Shown here: positions 37,401 through 50,787 of the stretch, one piece after another
Position numbering within the stretch: the first letter of the stretch is position 1
Layout: every line of letters begins with the position of its first letter
Assembly (NCBI RefSeq): GCF_964355755.1
Contig: NC_092671.1
Span: 22,828,070-22,892,069 of the forward strand
Direction of reading: 5' to 3'
DNA: 64,000 nucleotides
Origin: Antedon mediterranea
Taxonomy: Eukaryota; Animalia; Echinodermata
Notes under the pieces: model-generated
Told to the model about the DNA's origin: nothing
The model's input: the letters and a program-made list of their open reading frames with translations, nothing else
Databases searched by the model: none
Position numbers and translations under genes: made by a program

Positions 37401-40400
37401 CTCCGACTTTGAGTCCATTCCGACTTAAAATAACGCTATACGAGCACGTTAAAAATGACAAAATGCGCACATTAATTGTACAAAAGTGCTAAAAATGGTA
37501 AAAAAATAAGGCCTTTTTAAAATGAATATTACTCTTCAGAATGGCAGGTGACCCCCAATTTTTTTAACTTATTATGGAAGCCAATAAGTTGTAGATATAA
37601 ATATATATACATATTAGACGTACAAAATGGTATGACGTCATCAAATGGCCACTTGAATTTAAAAATTAGTAATTATTATCTTTTTGTGTGGGTTATCACA
37701 TTCAATAGAGCGCATCTCCGTTATTTTAGCCCAATTTTTGCACACATTTTAGTACAGTATGTGCTTGCTCAATTAATTATCTTTCTCATAAGTTGTCAAC
37801 ATTTTTATTTTGATGACGTCATCATGCGTAAAAACTTGAATAACCTAGGTCGTGTAATTTCAGCTACACCATACATTTGAATATCTTATAGCTCCTCAGA
37901 ATTAAAGGTGACCTTGAAGATTATAATTTATTATGAAAGCTGATGAAATGTAGATATGAATTCATATAAAAATTAAGCCTATCGGATGTTGTGATGTTAT
38001 CATATGGCCAGTTGAAGTTAAAAAGTAGTTTTTAAATTTCTTTAGTCGAAGTTATACAAATTTCAAAGACCGCGCATTGCGCTTCTACGTGTCAAATTCT
38101 CTTCCAATCCTTATATTTATTTGCTCAATTCATTATCTTTCGAAATTGTCATCTTCGAGTTTATTTTGATAATTACATCATACCAAAAAAGTTGAACTTG
38201 ATGTGTGTCCCATAATTTCACCTATGCTACACTGTATATAGATATACAGTATATACTGTACATTGTATATGGCATATAATAGGCATAACTCAGCAATATA
38301 AGCGTATAATAGGATGGCATACATCAACATTTTCCTATCGTATGTTAACGTACGTACATGTTTAACAAAAATTAATTTCATTAAAATGATAAAAATGATC
38401 ACCTATAATTCGTCAAAGTGACGAATTAAATTCTAGTCTTTTTATTGTTTCTGTACACTATTTTGTGTAACAATTATCTCAAAAAGTTTAATGTCAATGA
38501 TTACCAAAATTTCAGAGTATCTTTCAAATAATATAACTTAATCCTAATTAGGTTTCCAGCGTGATCACTCATCCGTGACGTCATTTATACGCCATTTTGT
38601 GAAATCACATTATCAATCATATCTCCATAATTCATTATGACATATTAATGAAATTCACTACAGGTAAACTTCAGGTGAGGGTAAAAATATTAGCAAATAA
38701 AAAGTTGCGCCTTTCAAGGTCATGCACGTGAAATCGCGCCTTAAAAATTTAAAACGCGCAAAATTAGGTTTTGATCAATTTAGAGCATGAATTAGGCCAT
38801 TTGCGCGTTTCAAAAAATTAGTGCGCAAAAATGCGTTTTTGTGCGCACGATTCTTAAAATGCGTAAAAAATAAAATTTGATGTATAAATCACATTCTACT
38901 CACAATCCTTAGTACATTCACCAATTTTGAGTCCATTCCGACTTAAAATAACGCTATACGAGCACGTTAAAAATGACAAAATGCGCACACTAATTGTACA
39001 AAAGTGCTAAAAATGGGAAAAAATAAGGACTTTTTAAAATGAATATAACTCTTCAGAATGGCAGGTGACCCCCAATTTTTTTAACTTATTATGGAAGCCA
39101 ATAAGTTGTAGATACAAATGTATATACATATTAGACGTACAAAATGGTATGACGTCATCAAATGGCCACTTGAATTTAAAAATTAGGAATTTTTATCTTT
39201 TTGTGTGGGTTATAACATTCAATAGAGCGCATCTCCGTTATTTGAGCCCGATTTTCGCACAACTTTTAGTATGTACTTGCTCAATTAATTATTCTTCTAA
39301 TGAGTTGTCAACATTTTTATTTTGATGACGTCATCACGCGTAAATAACCTAGGTCGTGTAATTTCAGCTACACAATACATTTGAATATCTTATAGCTCTT
39401 CTGAATTAAAGGTGACCTTGAAGATTATAACTTATTATGAAAGCTGATGAAATGTAGATATGAATTCATATTAAAATTAAGCCTATCGGATGTTGTGATG
39501 TTATCATATGGCCAGTTGAAGTTAAAAAGTAGTTTTTAAATTTCTTTAGTCAAAGTTATACAAATTTCAAAGACTGCGCATTGCTCTTCTACGTGTCAAA
39601 TTTTCTTCCAATCCTTATATTTATTTGCTCAATTCATTATCTTTCGAAATTGTCATCTTCGAGTTTATTTTGAAAATTCCATCATACCAAAAAATTAGAA
39701 CACGATATGAGTCCCGTAATTTCACCTATGCTACACTGTATATAGATATACAGTATATACTGTACATATTGTATGACACATAATAGGTAGAACTCAGCAC
39801 TATAAGTGTATATGGATCATGTCATAGGATGGCGTACATCAACTTTTAAAGATTGTATGTTAACGTACATGCATGTTTAAAAAATGTTAATTTTATTAAA
39901 ATGATAAAAATGATCATTAAAGTGACGAATTAAATTCTAGTTTGTTTTTGATGTCATCATACCCAAAAATTACAACATGCTTAACTGTATATAAATATAC
40001 AGTATAAACAGTACTGTATATATTCTATATGACAGATGATTAAGCCTATAGACATATGTGACAAGTTTAAATTCTAGTTTTTCGTTATTGGCAGAATCCA
40101 TTAATACAAATTGGGAAAAACTTGGAATTTTCAAATGCAGCTTGAACTGCAAAATTAAATACATTAAATTAAATCGAAAAAAAAATATAGGGAACGTGTA
40201 TTTACTAATAGGATAGGAATAATAAATGTTGTTTTATAAATTATATAATATATATTTTTTTAAGTGCCAATTATGAGTTTGTTTTCATAGGCCTATAAGA
40301 AATAAACCTAATCAAAAATCACCACAACTGATTTATTTACATCAAATACAAAAAGAATGACCAAAACCTAACTATTGCAATGTGGAATTTGTAGGGTCAT

Positions 40401-40824
40401 TTCACCCTAAGGTCCCCAATTACTTTTGGACGATCCCCGTCTCAAAAAAAAAATCTTACCGTTCGTTAGGTTACTAGTTGCTGTTTCTTTAGATAAGTAA
40501 CTTGGACTCTTTGTCAGAGACAATCTTGTGTGTGTTGATTTTTTGGCAGTTTTTAGTTTACCTAAAAAAAAAGATTTTCTGTTTAAGTGTATTGTAAGCC
40601 ACAGGTGACAAGCAGTTCAGAAACAATGTGTTACTAAGGAAAAACTGCAACAAATATATTGTTATTGATTTGATATCCAATTTCAGAAATCCTGAAACTC
40701 CTCAGTTACAATTTTGTGTGAATAGTATCTCTGTGATTATTTTATTTGTTATTTATTATGAATTTGATCCAAGTCAACCCTAAAACGTCTCGGCCAAAGT
40801 AAAGTCGGCCCCACGTCAATGAAT

Positions 40825-43800
40825 GAAAATGAAAAAGTTCGTCAAAATTATTTTAAAAAATGTTTAAACAGTCATAGATTCTAAACTACGAGGTGAACTT
40901 TTTTTAAATTACACATTCTAGAAGTTGATGAGTTGTAGATATCGGATCATGCATTAATATGGCTAACCGGACATTGTGACGTCATCGTATGGCCACGCGA
41001 ATATAAAATATAGAATTTTTGTATCTTTTGTCATAGCTCATCACATTCAATAAGGCGCATCACGCTTATCCGTATTCCATTTTCTCCAAGATTTTAATAT
41101 TGTCTCGGTCAATCCACTATCTTTTGCACGAGTTAAAATATTTAAATTTTTGATGACGTAAATTAAATTACGTGGGTCATTAATTTCATCTTTACAGTAA
41201 ATTTAATCTGTTATAGTTCGTAAGAATAAAAAGAGATAATCACAATTAAAACGTTTTCTGGAAGTTATTGGATTGTAGATTCGAAATCATGCAAACATTT
41301 TGCCAATCGGGTGTTGTGACGTAATCATATGGCCAGTTGAATAAAAAAAGTTGCATTTTCATCCTTTGCGTCATAGTTTATTACATTTAAAATAGGCTAG
41401 TCAATCTAGCATTTTGAGTGAAACAAATTGCAAACAGAGATTTTTTTTTTTTAAATGGTTACATATGATAAGGTGATTATTTTTTGAGCATCACACCTCT
41501 GACACTCATCCCGAAGGTATGCAAATTAGCTTAAATATGCAAATTAGGGTGAAATTACAGGGTTACCATATCTTAAAAACTACTAATCGTAGAGAGTTCA
41601 TTTTTGCACAGTCTGGTTCAGAATATATATATTTATATTTGCTCTAATGAGACATTTTACCTAAAAATGTCCGGAAGTACCAAATTTTGACCCTTGACCC
41701 CATTTCTCAATATTTACATAAATATGTGATTAAAATGTCTGTAGAGACTTTATTTTGGACTCAATGACTTGGATATTGTTTTTCAATACCCACCATAGAA
41801 CTGTATTATAATTCCTAAAATCACAACTTCGTCACGCACCTCGAAAGTATGCAAATTAGTAGTACAAGTAATATTAAATATGCAAATTAGGGAGTGAAAT
41901 TACAGCGTTGCCATATCTCGAAAACCGCTAATGCTAGAGTGTTGATTTTTTCACTAAAATATTTAAAATGTATATATTTATATTTGCTGTAATGAGACAT
42001 TTTACAAAAAAATTCCCGGAACTATGACATTTGACCCTCGACCCCATTTCTCAATATTGCATATATAATGAAAACTAAAATGTCTGTAGAGACTTTATTT
42101 TGCCCTCAAATGACTCGGATACAGGTTTCTAATAGCCAACATAGGAATGTTTAGTAAATCTCAAAATCACACCTGTATCACTCACCTTCAAAGTATGAAA
42201 ATTATTAGTACAAGTTACATGAAATATGCAAATTAGGGGATGAAATTACAGGTTCCTATATGTATCGAAAACCGCTAAGGTAGAGAGTTGATTTTTTCAA
42301 AAACTTGTTCAGAATGTACATATTTATATTTGCTCTAATGAAACATTTTACGAAAAAATGACCGGAAATACAACAATTGACCCTTGACCCTATTTATCAA
42401 TGTTTGCATACATAATGCGACTAAAATGTCTGTAGATAATTTTTTTGGACTCAAATGACTCGGATACAGTTTTCCTATTGTCAGCATAGGACCTCTTTGT
42501 AATTCCCAAAATCACATCTTTGTCACATACCTTGAAAGTATGCAAATTATTAGTACAAGTTACATGAAATATGCAAATTAGGGGTGAAATTACAGTCTTC
42601 CCATATCTCGAAAACCATTAATGCTAGAGAGTTGATTTGAATTCAGAGTTGATTCAGAATGTACATATTTATATTCGCTGTAATGAAACATTTTATGCAA
42701 AAATTGTCTTGATTGAATTATGACATTTGACCCTTGACCCTATTTCTCAATATTTTCATATAATTCAACTAAAATATCTGTACAGACTGTTTTGGCCTCA
42801 AATGACTCAGATACAGGTTTTCTATAGCCAGCATAGAACTGTAGTAATTCTCAAAATCACACCTTTGTTACTTCCCTAGAAAATATGCAAATTAGTAGTA
42901 CAAGAGGTGAAAGTTGCCATATCTCTATCGGTCATTAGCGTTTTTCGAGATACATAAGGCTGTAATTTGCATATTTCATATAACTTGTACTAATAATTTG
43001 CATACTTTCGAGTTGCTTGACTTTTGGAATTACTAAACGATCCTATACTGGCTATATAAAACCTGTATCCAAGTCATTTGAGACCAAAACAAAGTATGTA
43101 CATACATTTTAGTTGCATTATATGCAAATATTGAGAAATAATAATAATAATATCCTGGATTTATATAGCGCCTAATGTTGTGTAACCTCTAAGCGCTGTA
43201 CATAAACTAATACGAAAAAAGGGAATTCCAACCATGCCAAAACGAAGGCGTGATTTTGGGAATTACAAAGCGGTCCTATGCTGACTATAGCAAACATATA
43301 TCCGAGTTATTTGAGTCCAAAACAAAGTCTCTACAGACATTTTAGTCGCATTATGTATGCAAACATTAATAAATGGGGTCGAGGGTCAATTGTTGTATTT
43401 CCGGTCATTTTTTCGTAAAATGTTTCATTAGAGTAAATATAAATATGTACATTCTGAACAAGTTATTGAAAAAAATCAACTCTCTAGCCTTAGTGGTTTT
43501 CGATATATAGGAACCTTTAATTTCACCTTCTAATTTGCATATTTCATGTAACTTGTACTAATTTGTATACTTTGGAGGTGAGTGATACAGGTGTGATTTT
43601 GAGATCTACTAAACAGTCCTATGTTGGCTATTAGAAACCTGTATCGGAGTCATTTGACGGCAAAACAAAGTCTCTACAGACATTTTAGTTTCATTTATAT
43701 ATGCAATATTGAGAAATGGGGTCGAGGGTCAAATGTCATACTTCCGGTCAATTTTTTGTAAAATGTTTCATTGGAGCAAATAGAAATATGTACATTTTGA

Positions 43801-44429
43801 ATACGGCTGTGAAAAAATCAGCTCTCTAGCATTAGTGGTTTTCGAGATATAGGACAACTGTAATTTTTTCCCCTTATTTGCTTATTTTATTTAAATTGTA
43901 CTACTAATTTGCATACTTTCGAGGTGTGTGACAAAGGTGTGATTTTGGGAATTACAAAGTGATCCTATGCTGGCTATTAGGAACCTATGTCTGGGTCATT
44001 TGAGGGCAAAATAAAGTCTCTACAGACATTTTAGTCACATTGTATATGCAAACATTGAGAAATGGGGTCGAAGGTCAAATGTTGTACTTCCGGTCATTTT
44101 TTCGTAAAATGTTTTATTAGAGTAAATATAAATATATACATTTTGAATAGATCAGTGAAAAAATCAACTCTCTCGGACTAGTAGTTTTTGAGATATGGTA
44201 ACCTTGTAATTTCACCCTAATTTGCATATTTAAGCTAATTTGCATATCATCGGGATGAGTGACAGAGGTGTGATGCTCAAATTTTGATCTCCTCATCATA
44301 TATGACCATTTAAAAAAGAAAAATCTCTGTTTGCAATTTGTTTCACTTTGGGCTGTTTTTTTTGCTAGATTGACTAGCCTAAAAGAGCACGCATCAATAT
44401 TTCAAATATTTAAATTTCCTACACGTTAA
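40825..44429 (+). mobile_element. HINE-like body fragment hosting an Academ fold-back insertion
   Basis: 40825-41392 and 44382-44429 align contiguously to the family A body (acatttaaaa|gagc). Confidence 0.75.
41393..44381. mobile_element. Non-autonomous fold-back Academ-like element
   Basis: Termini TAGGCTAGTCAATCTAGCA...TGCTAGATTGACTAGCCTA. 3-bp TSD AAA. Both arms are built of ~350-bp tandem repeats in opposite orientation, with the switch near 42925. No coding sequence. Confidence 0.85.
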
Positions 44430-47400
44430 GACTGCTTGTCACCAAAAATCAGACAAGTAATTTAGTGGCAAGGGTCAAAATTTCGAATTGGCTCATATTT
44501 TGCACATTGGTAGACCTTGATGTAAGTAAACCTGATGTGTAGTTTGTTTGGTAAAATATCGCTTAGTTTTCGAGAAAATCGAAAATTAACGATTTTCGGC
44601 CAATTTTGTAAATTTTTGGTGTATAATTTACATTAAGTTTAACAGCCTCTGGAAGCCAAATGTAGCAACCTAGCGTTTTAATATTTTACACTTACGTTAA
44701 CTAGCATCTTGACAATAATTTAGTAAAGTTTCAAAAAATTTAATGAAATTCTAATATTTTTACGAATTAATTACTAATTAGCATATATAAAACTCTTAAA
44801 AAGTAGGGTAAAAACAAACGCATTTTTTTTCATGTGCAACAAATTTTTTTTTAATAAAAAAATCGTCAATCTACTGTTTAGATACTAATATTTATGAATC
44901 AAGTAAAACAAATTTGGGGAAACTATTTTCCGCTCTGCGCCAGAGCCACAAAATTGTATGAAATTCAAAGATTTTATCTGTCGGCAAGATCAATCAGATG
45001 TACCTATTGTTCTCTATTTACAGATTTAAGGTAAATTTTACTACGAGAAACAAACTTTAAAGGTAAACTGAAAGGTCCTGAATAATTTGGAATTACGTTT
45101 TAATATAAAAACATCTAAAAATAACGACTAACCCATGAAATTAAGCAATTACTGTCTGAGCTCAACATTATAACTCGCTTAGCTTCATCACCTGTTATGT
45201 TTTCCACTAGGTGAATTTATTCTTATTGTTATAATAATTATAATAATAATGATATTATTATTTTTTGCACTATACGCGCGCATGCACAGTTTATTTTTAT
45301 CAACAAAGTGTTCCATTTGACATGAGCATATACACGAATAATTTCGCCTAGTTGAAAACAGGCTATATAACATAATGTTCTTATCTTCTAATATAGGGAG
45401 TATTCACACGAGCACGTTAACGCTATTTTCCAAGGTCCCCCCACTTTGTAAACAACTTTCTGTGCGTGCGCAAGCATTACGAAAAACTTTAGTTACGTGC
45501 GTCGAGAACCTTATTTCTGAAAAATAGCGTAAATGAAAACGTTAACCAAAACATGATTAAACATGCCTGGCTAGGCTTAGTCTCTATAAACCCAAGGTAT
45601 TCCATGATTTGTTTTAATACGTGTGGCGTATGTTGCGTGCGCTACACATGCGTTGCGTTCTACACTTCCCGTCGAAGCGCGAATTCAAAAGAAGCAAGTA
45701 CGTTAACGCAAATGTTCACTGAACTCTGTTGTTATGCAAATGAGTAGAATGGTGACATCCGATAACGTTCATGTGCTCGTGCAAAATTTCCTAATAATTC
45801 TTAGCCTAAACAATAAATTATTGTTTGTAAACTTGTAAACCATTGTTTCATCCCTTCGCTTTATTAAAAATTTACAGAACGCGACTTTAAATACTAACAA
45901 TTTAGACAACAGAATCGTCCCACATATTAAATTGTTATTTTAAAGAATTCTTCCAGACATAGTTTTACCTTCATTGCTACCTTAATCAATCGAGTAACTG
46001 TACACATTTCTTGCAACATTGGCAAAGAGAATCTGGAGAGTTTTTCTTGAGCTTTCAGTTCACAAATATTATGCATTTCAAACATTATTGGATGCTGCAA
46101 GCCTATTGTGTCAAGTACGGTTTGCAACAAAAGTTGAATTTCTCTTTAATTTTCCGTTTTTGAATCGTCTCCATTTTCTTCGACTTCGTCACCATCTTCA
46201 TTACTATCGTAATCATCATCTTCGTCATCATCATCATCATGAACGGCTGCATCTGTCCTTTTTTTAGCCAAGTGTGAGAAAAAACTTGCAATCTGCTGTG
46301 CTGTTAAAAATTGAGTCTTGCTAAATAGATGTGAACCATCGCTGTGCCTGGCCGATCTCATCTCTCGTGAGACATCACATTGATCAGCTTTCTGCTCCGT
46401 CTGCTCTCCAGCGTCAGAAACACCAAAAAGGTAGGTTTTCTGTACAGAAAATCGGGTTTTTTTTGCAGAGGACTTTAACGCCCAGCCCATTTGCAGTTTG
46501 GGGCCAATGTCAAACCGTGGCAAATCGTTGGTTCTTGTTGGTTCTGGATTTTTAGAAGTACCATCTTCTAGTTGTGTTGCCTATAATTTCATTGCCCTGT
46601 CATAAAGTGTTTCATGTTCTAGTGCGTTCTTGTGATTTTCATAATCTAAGTGTTTCTCTAGGGAAGAGTACCTCTGATATGACCTAATGCAACCTTGTTC
46701 GCGACAAAAGAACAGTTTGCTGGGGGTGCCAGGACTTTCTTCACTTTCTATTTGGTCGTCGTCATTTATATCAGCTTGTTCTTCATGAGATGTCTTGGCT
46801 TGTATTCTTGCTTTTACTGCAATAAATGATACTTGATTTATTTTGATCAGACGTTGTATCTTAATGGTTATGAATTAAATTGGGTAGCTTCAAGGGCACA
46901 CAGAATTTACTCAAAAGTAGATTTTGTCCTGCACCAATACCATACGCCATCCACACTTTCATGGACCTGCTTCCATACTCTATGTTGTTGATGTGACTCG
47001 CGCCTTTCCATTTCCCTGCTGCACAAATAGTACCACTCACTATCGATGCCCGTAAACCTAAACATGTATCTGTGTGCAGCGATTTCCTTCTGGCATGCTT
47101 GTAAAGGTAGGACTTCAGTGCTCTGTTTGCGATCTTTTCTATCGAATCCACAAGCTCCGCCGACAACCGATTTAAAAGAACATGAAATCTCCATTTTGTT
47201 TGAACTTAAAGCCATCAGACAATAATTATATATAAGAATTATTTTCAACACGTCTTTACATTGTAAGAGATAAACTAAAATGGATAACAAATCAGTTCCA
47301 TTGTCAACGTTAATGAAGATATCGTTATCTATCGAATATACGCAGTAAAGTTTTTTGTCTAGTGTGGTTAATGTTTTGAAACATTCTCGTTGAGTAAGTT

Positions 47401-47888
47401 CGACCAGGTTCGACAAACAGGAAAACGATAAAAAGTTAAAACAAATTTGTTTTTCAGTTTTATCCTATAAACTATGAGAGGATGGAATAATTTATAATAA
47501 TGTGGTTTGACAAAGAATAAGCGAGTGATTTTTACTTAATTGCTTAATTTCGTATATTGGTTATTAATTGAAATTTTACTAGAAACGTATTTTTTATTTA
47601 TTTTTTTTTGTTTAAATTGCAACTTAATTCAAAATTTATCTTTCAAGTTTGTTTCTCGTAATAAAAGTTTGGCTAAATAGAGAACAATAGGTACATCTGA
47701 TTGATAAAGCAGATAAAACCTTTGAATTTCTTACAACTTTGTGGCTCTGGCGCGGAGCTAGTTAACGTAAGTGTAAAAGATTAAAACGCTAGGTTGCTAC
47801 GTTTGGCTTCCAGAGGCTGTTAAACTTAATGTAAATTATACACCAAAAATTAACAAAATTGGCCGAAAATCGTTATTTTTCGATTTTT
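44430..47888 (-). mobile_element. TTAA-inserted DNA transposon with long TIRs (tentatively Sola3-like), internally deleted, right tip lost
   Basis: Begins after TTAA (44426-44429) in a HINE body. ~44575-45160 is inverted at ~47530-47888. Disrupted minus-strand gene inside. Superfamily is inferred from the TTAA target and long TIRs only. Confidence 0.6.
45927..47198 (-). pseudogene. Transposon protein remnant: short N-terminus fused to C-terminal part with a C2H2-like finger
   Basis: MEISCSFKS..., INNIEY..MKVWMAYGIGAG, FCREQGCIRSYQRYSSLEKHLDYENH, GWALKSSAKKTRFS, FLTAQQIASFFS and an acidic tract. Frameshifted; central region absent. Confidence 0.6.
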
Positions 47889-49120
47889 GTTCAACAACTC
47901 TCCTGTTTTGTGTTGCTTCATTAATTTCATTTGCTTTACATTTGTAGTAATCGTTTCTTAGCATGTGGAGTCTGCTTTTAATTCTCTTTTGTAGGTTCCT
48001 TGTGTGTTCTCGAGTATCATTTTCATATTATTTCTTATCTCTTTCGTAGATTCTATTACTGTTGAAGTTCTTGATCATCATCCCATGGGTAGCTTTCTTT
48101 GTGTCTTTTCAATTTTGGTATAAGATCTGTCGCTTTCTTTAGAGACGATGTCAAAAAGTCATGTTTCTCATCTTGGGTGTTCCTTTGTGTTGGGTTGTTC
48201 ACGTCATCGTCCATAGATTGTATTACGGCTTTCCTTACAATGATGTCCTTTAACATGTTCATGTCTGGTTTTCTACTTTTTGTACCGAGTATCCGTTTTC
48301 TTGGTTTCCATCTTGCAGCTTTATTTGCTGATGTTTCAAGTACGGTAATTATTAGACGATGATCTGATTGGAAATATGAATTTTATACCCTAACATCTTT
48401 GACAAAATTTCTAATCCAGGAATCACTTATACTGTATTCAATGACTTTTTTTGTTCATCCGTCATTGCTGTGCCATGTTATTCTGTGTTTTAGTGGATGC
48501 TCAAACCAAGTATTTAGGATGGATAATCTGTGTATGGAACAGAAGTCCAGGAGCATCTGTCCGTTTTCATTGTACCAGTCATTTCTTTTATCTGGATAAG
48601 AAAAACCTTCAAAGCATGTTTTGCTGGTTGTCATTGTTGACGTAGCATTGAAATCGCCTAGAATCAATAACTTTCTTCCTTTTTCCACTTTACTAATTTC
48701 TTGGAGTTTCTGATAAAATGATTCCTTTTTTGATAGTGGACTGTATTCCGTGGGTGCATATGCACTAATGACTCTAAGTTTACAGTTCTTTACAGCAAGA
48801 TCAGCAGCCATCGTTCTTTCTGATGTATGTTTTATTTCTGTTAAAGTTATTTAGACTTTAGATTGTCTAATGGCTATTCCTACACAAAACATTTTCTTTG
48901 TTTTGTTTCCTGTCCAATACACATTATATCCCTTATGACATATGGACCCACTACCCATTCTTCTCATCTCCTGCATACATGCTATGTCTAATTAGCATCT
49001 GTACAGTCATCAATGATTTCATTTAGGACAAAGTCATCTGATGCTGTTCTTACATTAATTTGACCTGCTTTCCATTTATAGAACTTCCTTCGAGTGCTGA
49101 CCTCGACCAGTGAAGCGTGG
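47889..49120 (-). pseudogene. RTE-type LINE fragment, APE endonuclease domain
   Basis: INVRT, ACMQE, VISAYAPT, LILGDFNA, NENGQMLLDFC, NTWFEH, SDHRL. No RT part. Confidence 0.85.
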
Positions 49121-50682
49121 ACGTTTTACAACAACAATTGAAATCCATCATACGTACATAATCTGAGTCCTTTTTATCTTAGATTACTGACCTTGTTTAT
49201 CTTCAACAAATAATACAAATATAATTAACATAATAAAAAACAGTAAAATATATGTTTAAAATTCACATGAACAGCTTCAAAGTCATGGTAAAATTAATAT
49301 CTTCAAATTCCGAGTCAACAACACAGAGTTGATAGCGAAACTACTATATCACTTGCTTGCTAGCCGCATAGACGCACATATACGATCTTTGTTATGTTGG
49401 TGGTCATCAACCCTAGATTTACAAAACTTTGGGTGATATGACGTCACGCAGCAAGCACATGGTTTTCTCATCAACTCTCACTGCGAATTTGACAAAAATG
49501 TTTCTGACTTTTTCAAGGGCATACAAAAACGATCGTTTTCATGCAGTTTATTTATTTTTTTTAAAAAGTTTATACTGTTCATTAGATACACATAATAATT
49601 ATCGGTGATAATACAGTACATAGGTTATGCTACGGTAATTAATTGAAAATAAATGCAATTTATTAACGCATGATTTTATTGTTCTTTCTGCACAATGTTC
49701 AAACTAACTCGGAGAGCCTGGCTGTGTCCTGGCTGTGTGAGTCGCGGCACCACGGCAGACCATGTGTTTACTGACTAAAAAGCAAACAATGCACTGTGGC
49801 CGACCGCATCATAATGCAACTCAAAGCATGAATTTGTTTTATAATTCAATACAAATTCAATTCAAAATTCTTTAATCATCCCACACAGGGTAATTCAAAT
49901 AAAAAGGTCAGGATTAAAATGATCGTGCAAAAAATACAAATAAATAACTTTGTATTGAATGTGCTTTTATCAACTAAAATGAGATGTGAAAAATATGAAT
50001 AAAAAAGCTTTAGCTAAATCATTTTAGCATCATTTAATTTCGGACACTTTTTGTGTCCGTAAGCAGCTGTAGTTTTATTATTCTATAATATTCATATTCA
50101 TCAGTCTGCCGACTGATTTGCATGTTGTCACTTTCATATCCCATATCCAGTGTATTTGCGCTTGTACACTATTTAATAATCATTATTATGGTAGACAACA
50201 CCCTTCTAGATAGACCACAATTTAATTACAGAATGGTTTTATATATTGTTGAACATGAAAACAACTATTCTTGTTTCCGCAGAAATGTATTTTTTATCCA
50301 TTTATGCTAAACTTTTTTATTTTATCTATATTTATAAAATAATTAATACACCACGAAAAATACCCAAAATAATATACTGTAGTTTGAAACTATATACTTT
50401 CGTTGGTGTTTGTGCGCATCATCTAATTCACACAGTACAAGTTTTCTTTAGCGTCTTTTATTTTAGCAAAGTCTGAACAGTCAAAAGTAAAGTATAAAGT
50501 TCCATATCCAGTATTGCTTTCCATTTTTTAGTCTACATATATTTCAAAGTAAATCGATAGTGTATAACAAAATCAATGGCGGTAAATACATAGTTCCGGA
50601 TTTTATTCTTGATACAAAACAAAGTACTTTTATACTTTCCTATGCAAAGTATATAACCACCCATAAGGCAGAGAATGAGAAA

Positions 50683-50750
50683 AGTCGCTCAAACCTAGAC
50701 TTAAACCCGGAACCTTCCGCTTTATATGCAGATGTCCTAACCATTAGTTA
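50683..50750 (-). pseudogene. Degenerate copy of the tRNA-like gene at 51405-51477
   Basis: Minus strand aatggttaggacatctgcatataaagcggaaggttccgggtttaagtc with a decayed acceptor stem. Confidence 0.6.
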
Positions 50751-50787
50751 TTATAAATAAATATTTAAGTTTTTTCAATATACCTAC

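Larger units (their letters stand above)
27738..40077 (+). mobile_element. Nested/tandem array of non-autonomous Helentron (HINE/Helitron2-like) elements, two families
   Basis: Family A: 5' hairpin AGTTATCCGC-attca-GCGGATAACT; 3' subTIR GCGGATAACT, hairpin ACTCGTC-aaagt-GACGAGT and CTAG ending at 29077, 30671, 32184, 34161, 36138. Family B: head AGGTGATCATTT...AAATGATCACCT; tails ending at 38436 and 39940. Degenerate tail at 40077. No TSDs; T-rich insertion sites. Confidence 0.85.

Noticed and set aside
29386-39325. Repeated 63-110 aa ORFs in HINE bodies
   Set aside because: They recur only because the repeat recurs, are not kept open in diverged copies, and show no Rep/helicase motifs.
46019-46291. 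His-rich and Met-rich ORFs
   Set aside because: Alternative-frame readings of the (GAT)n acidic tract in the transposon remnant.
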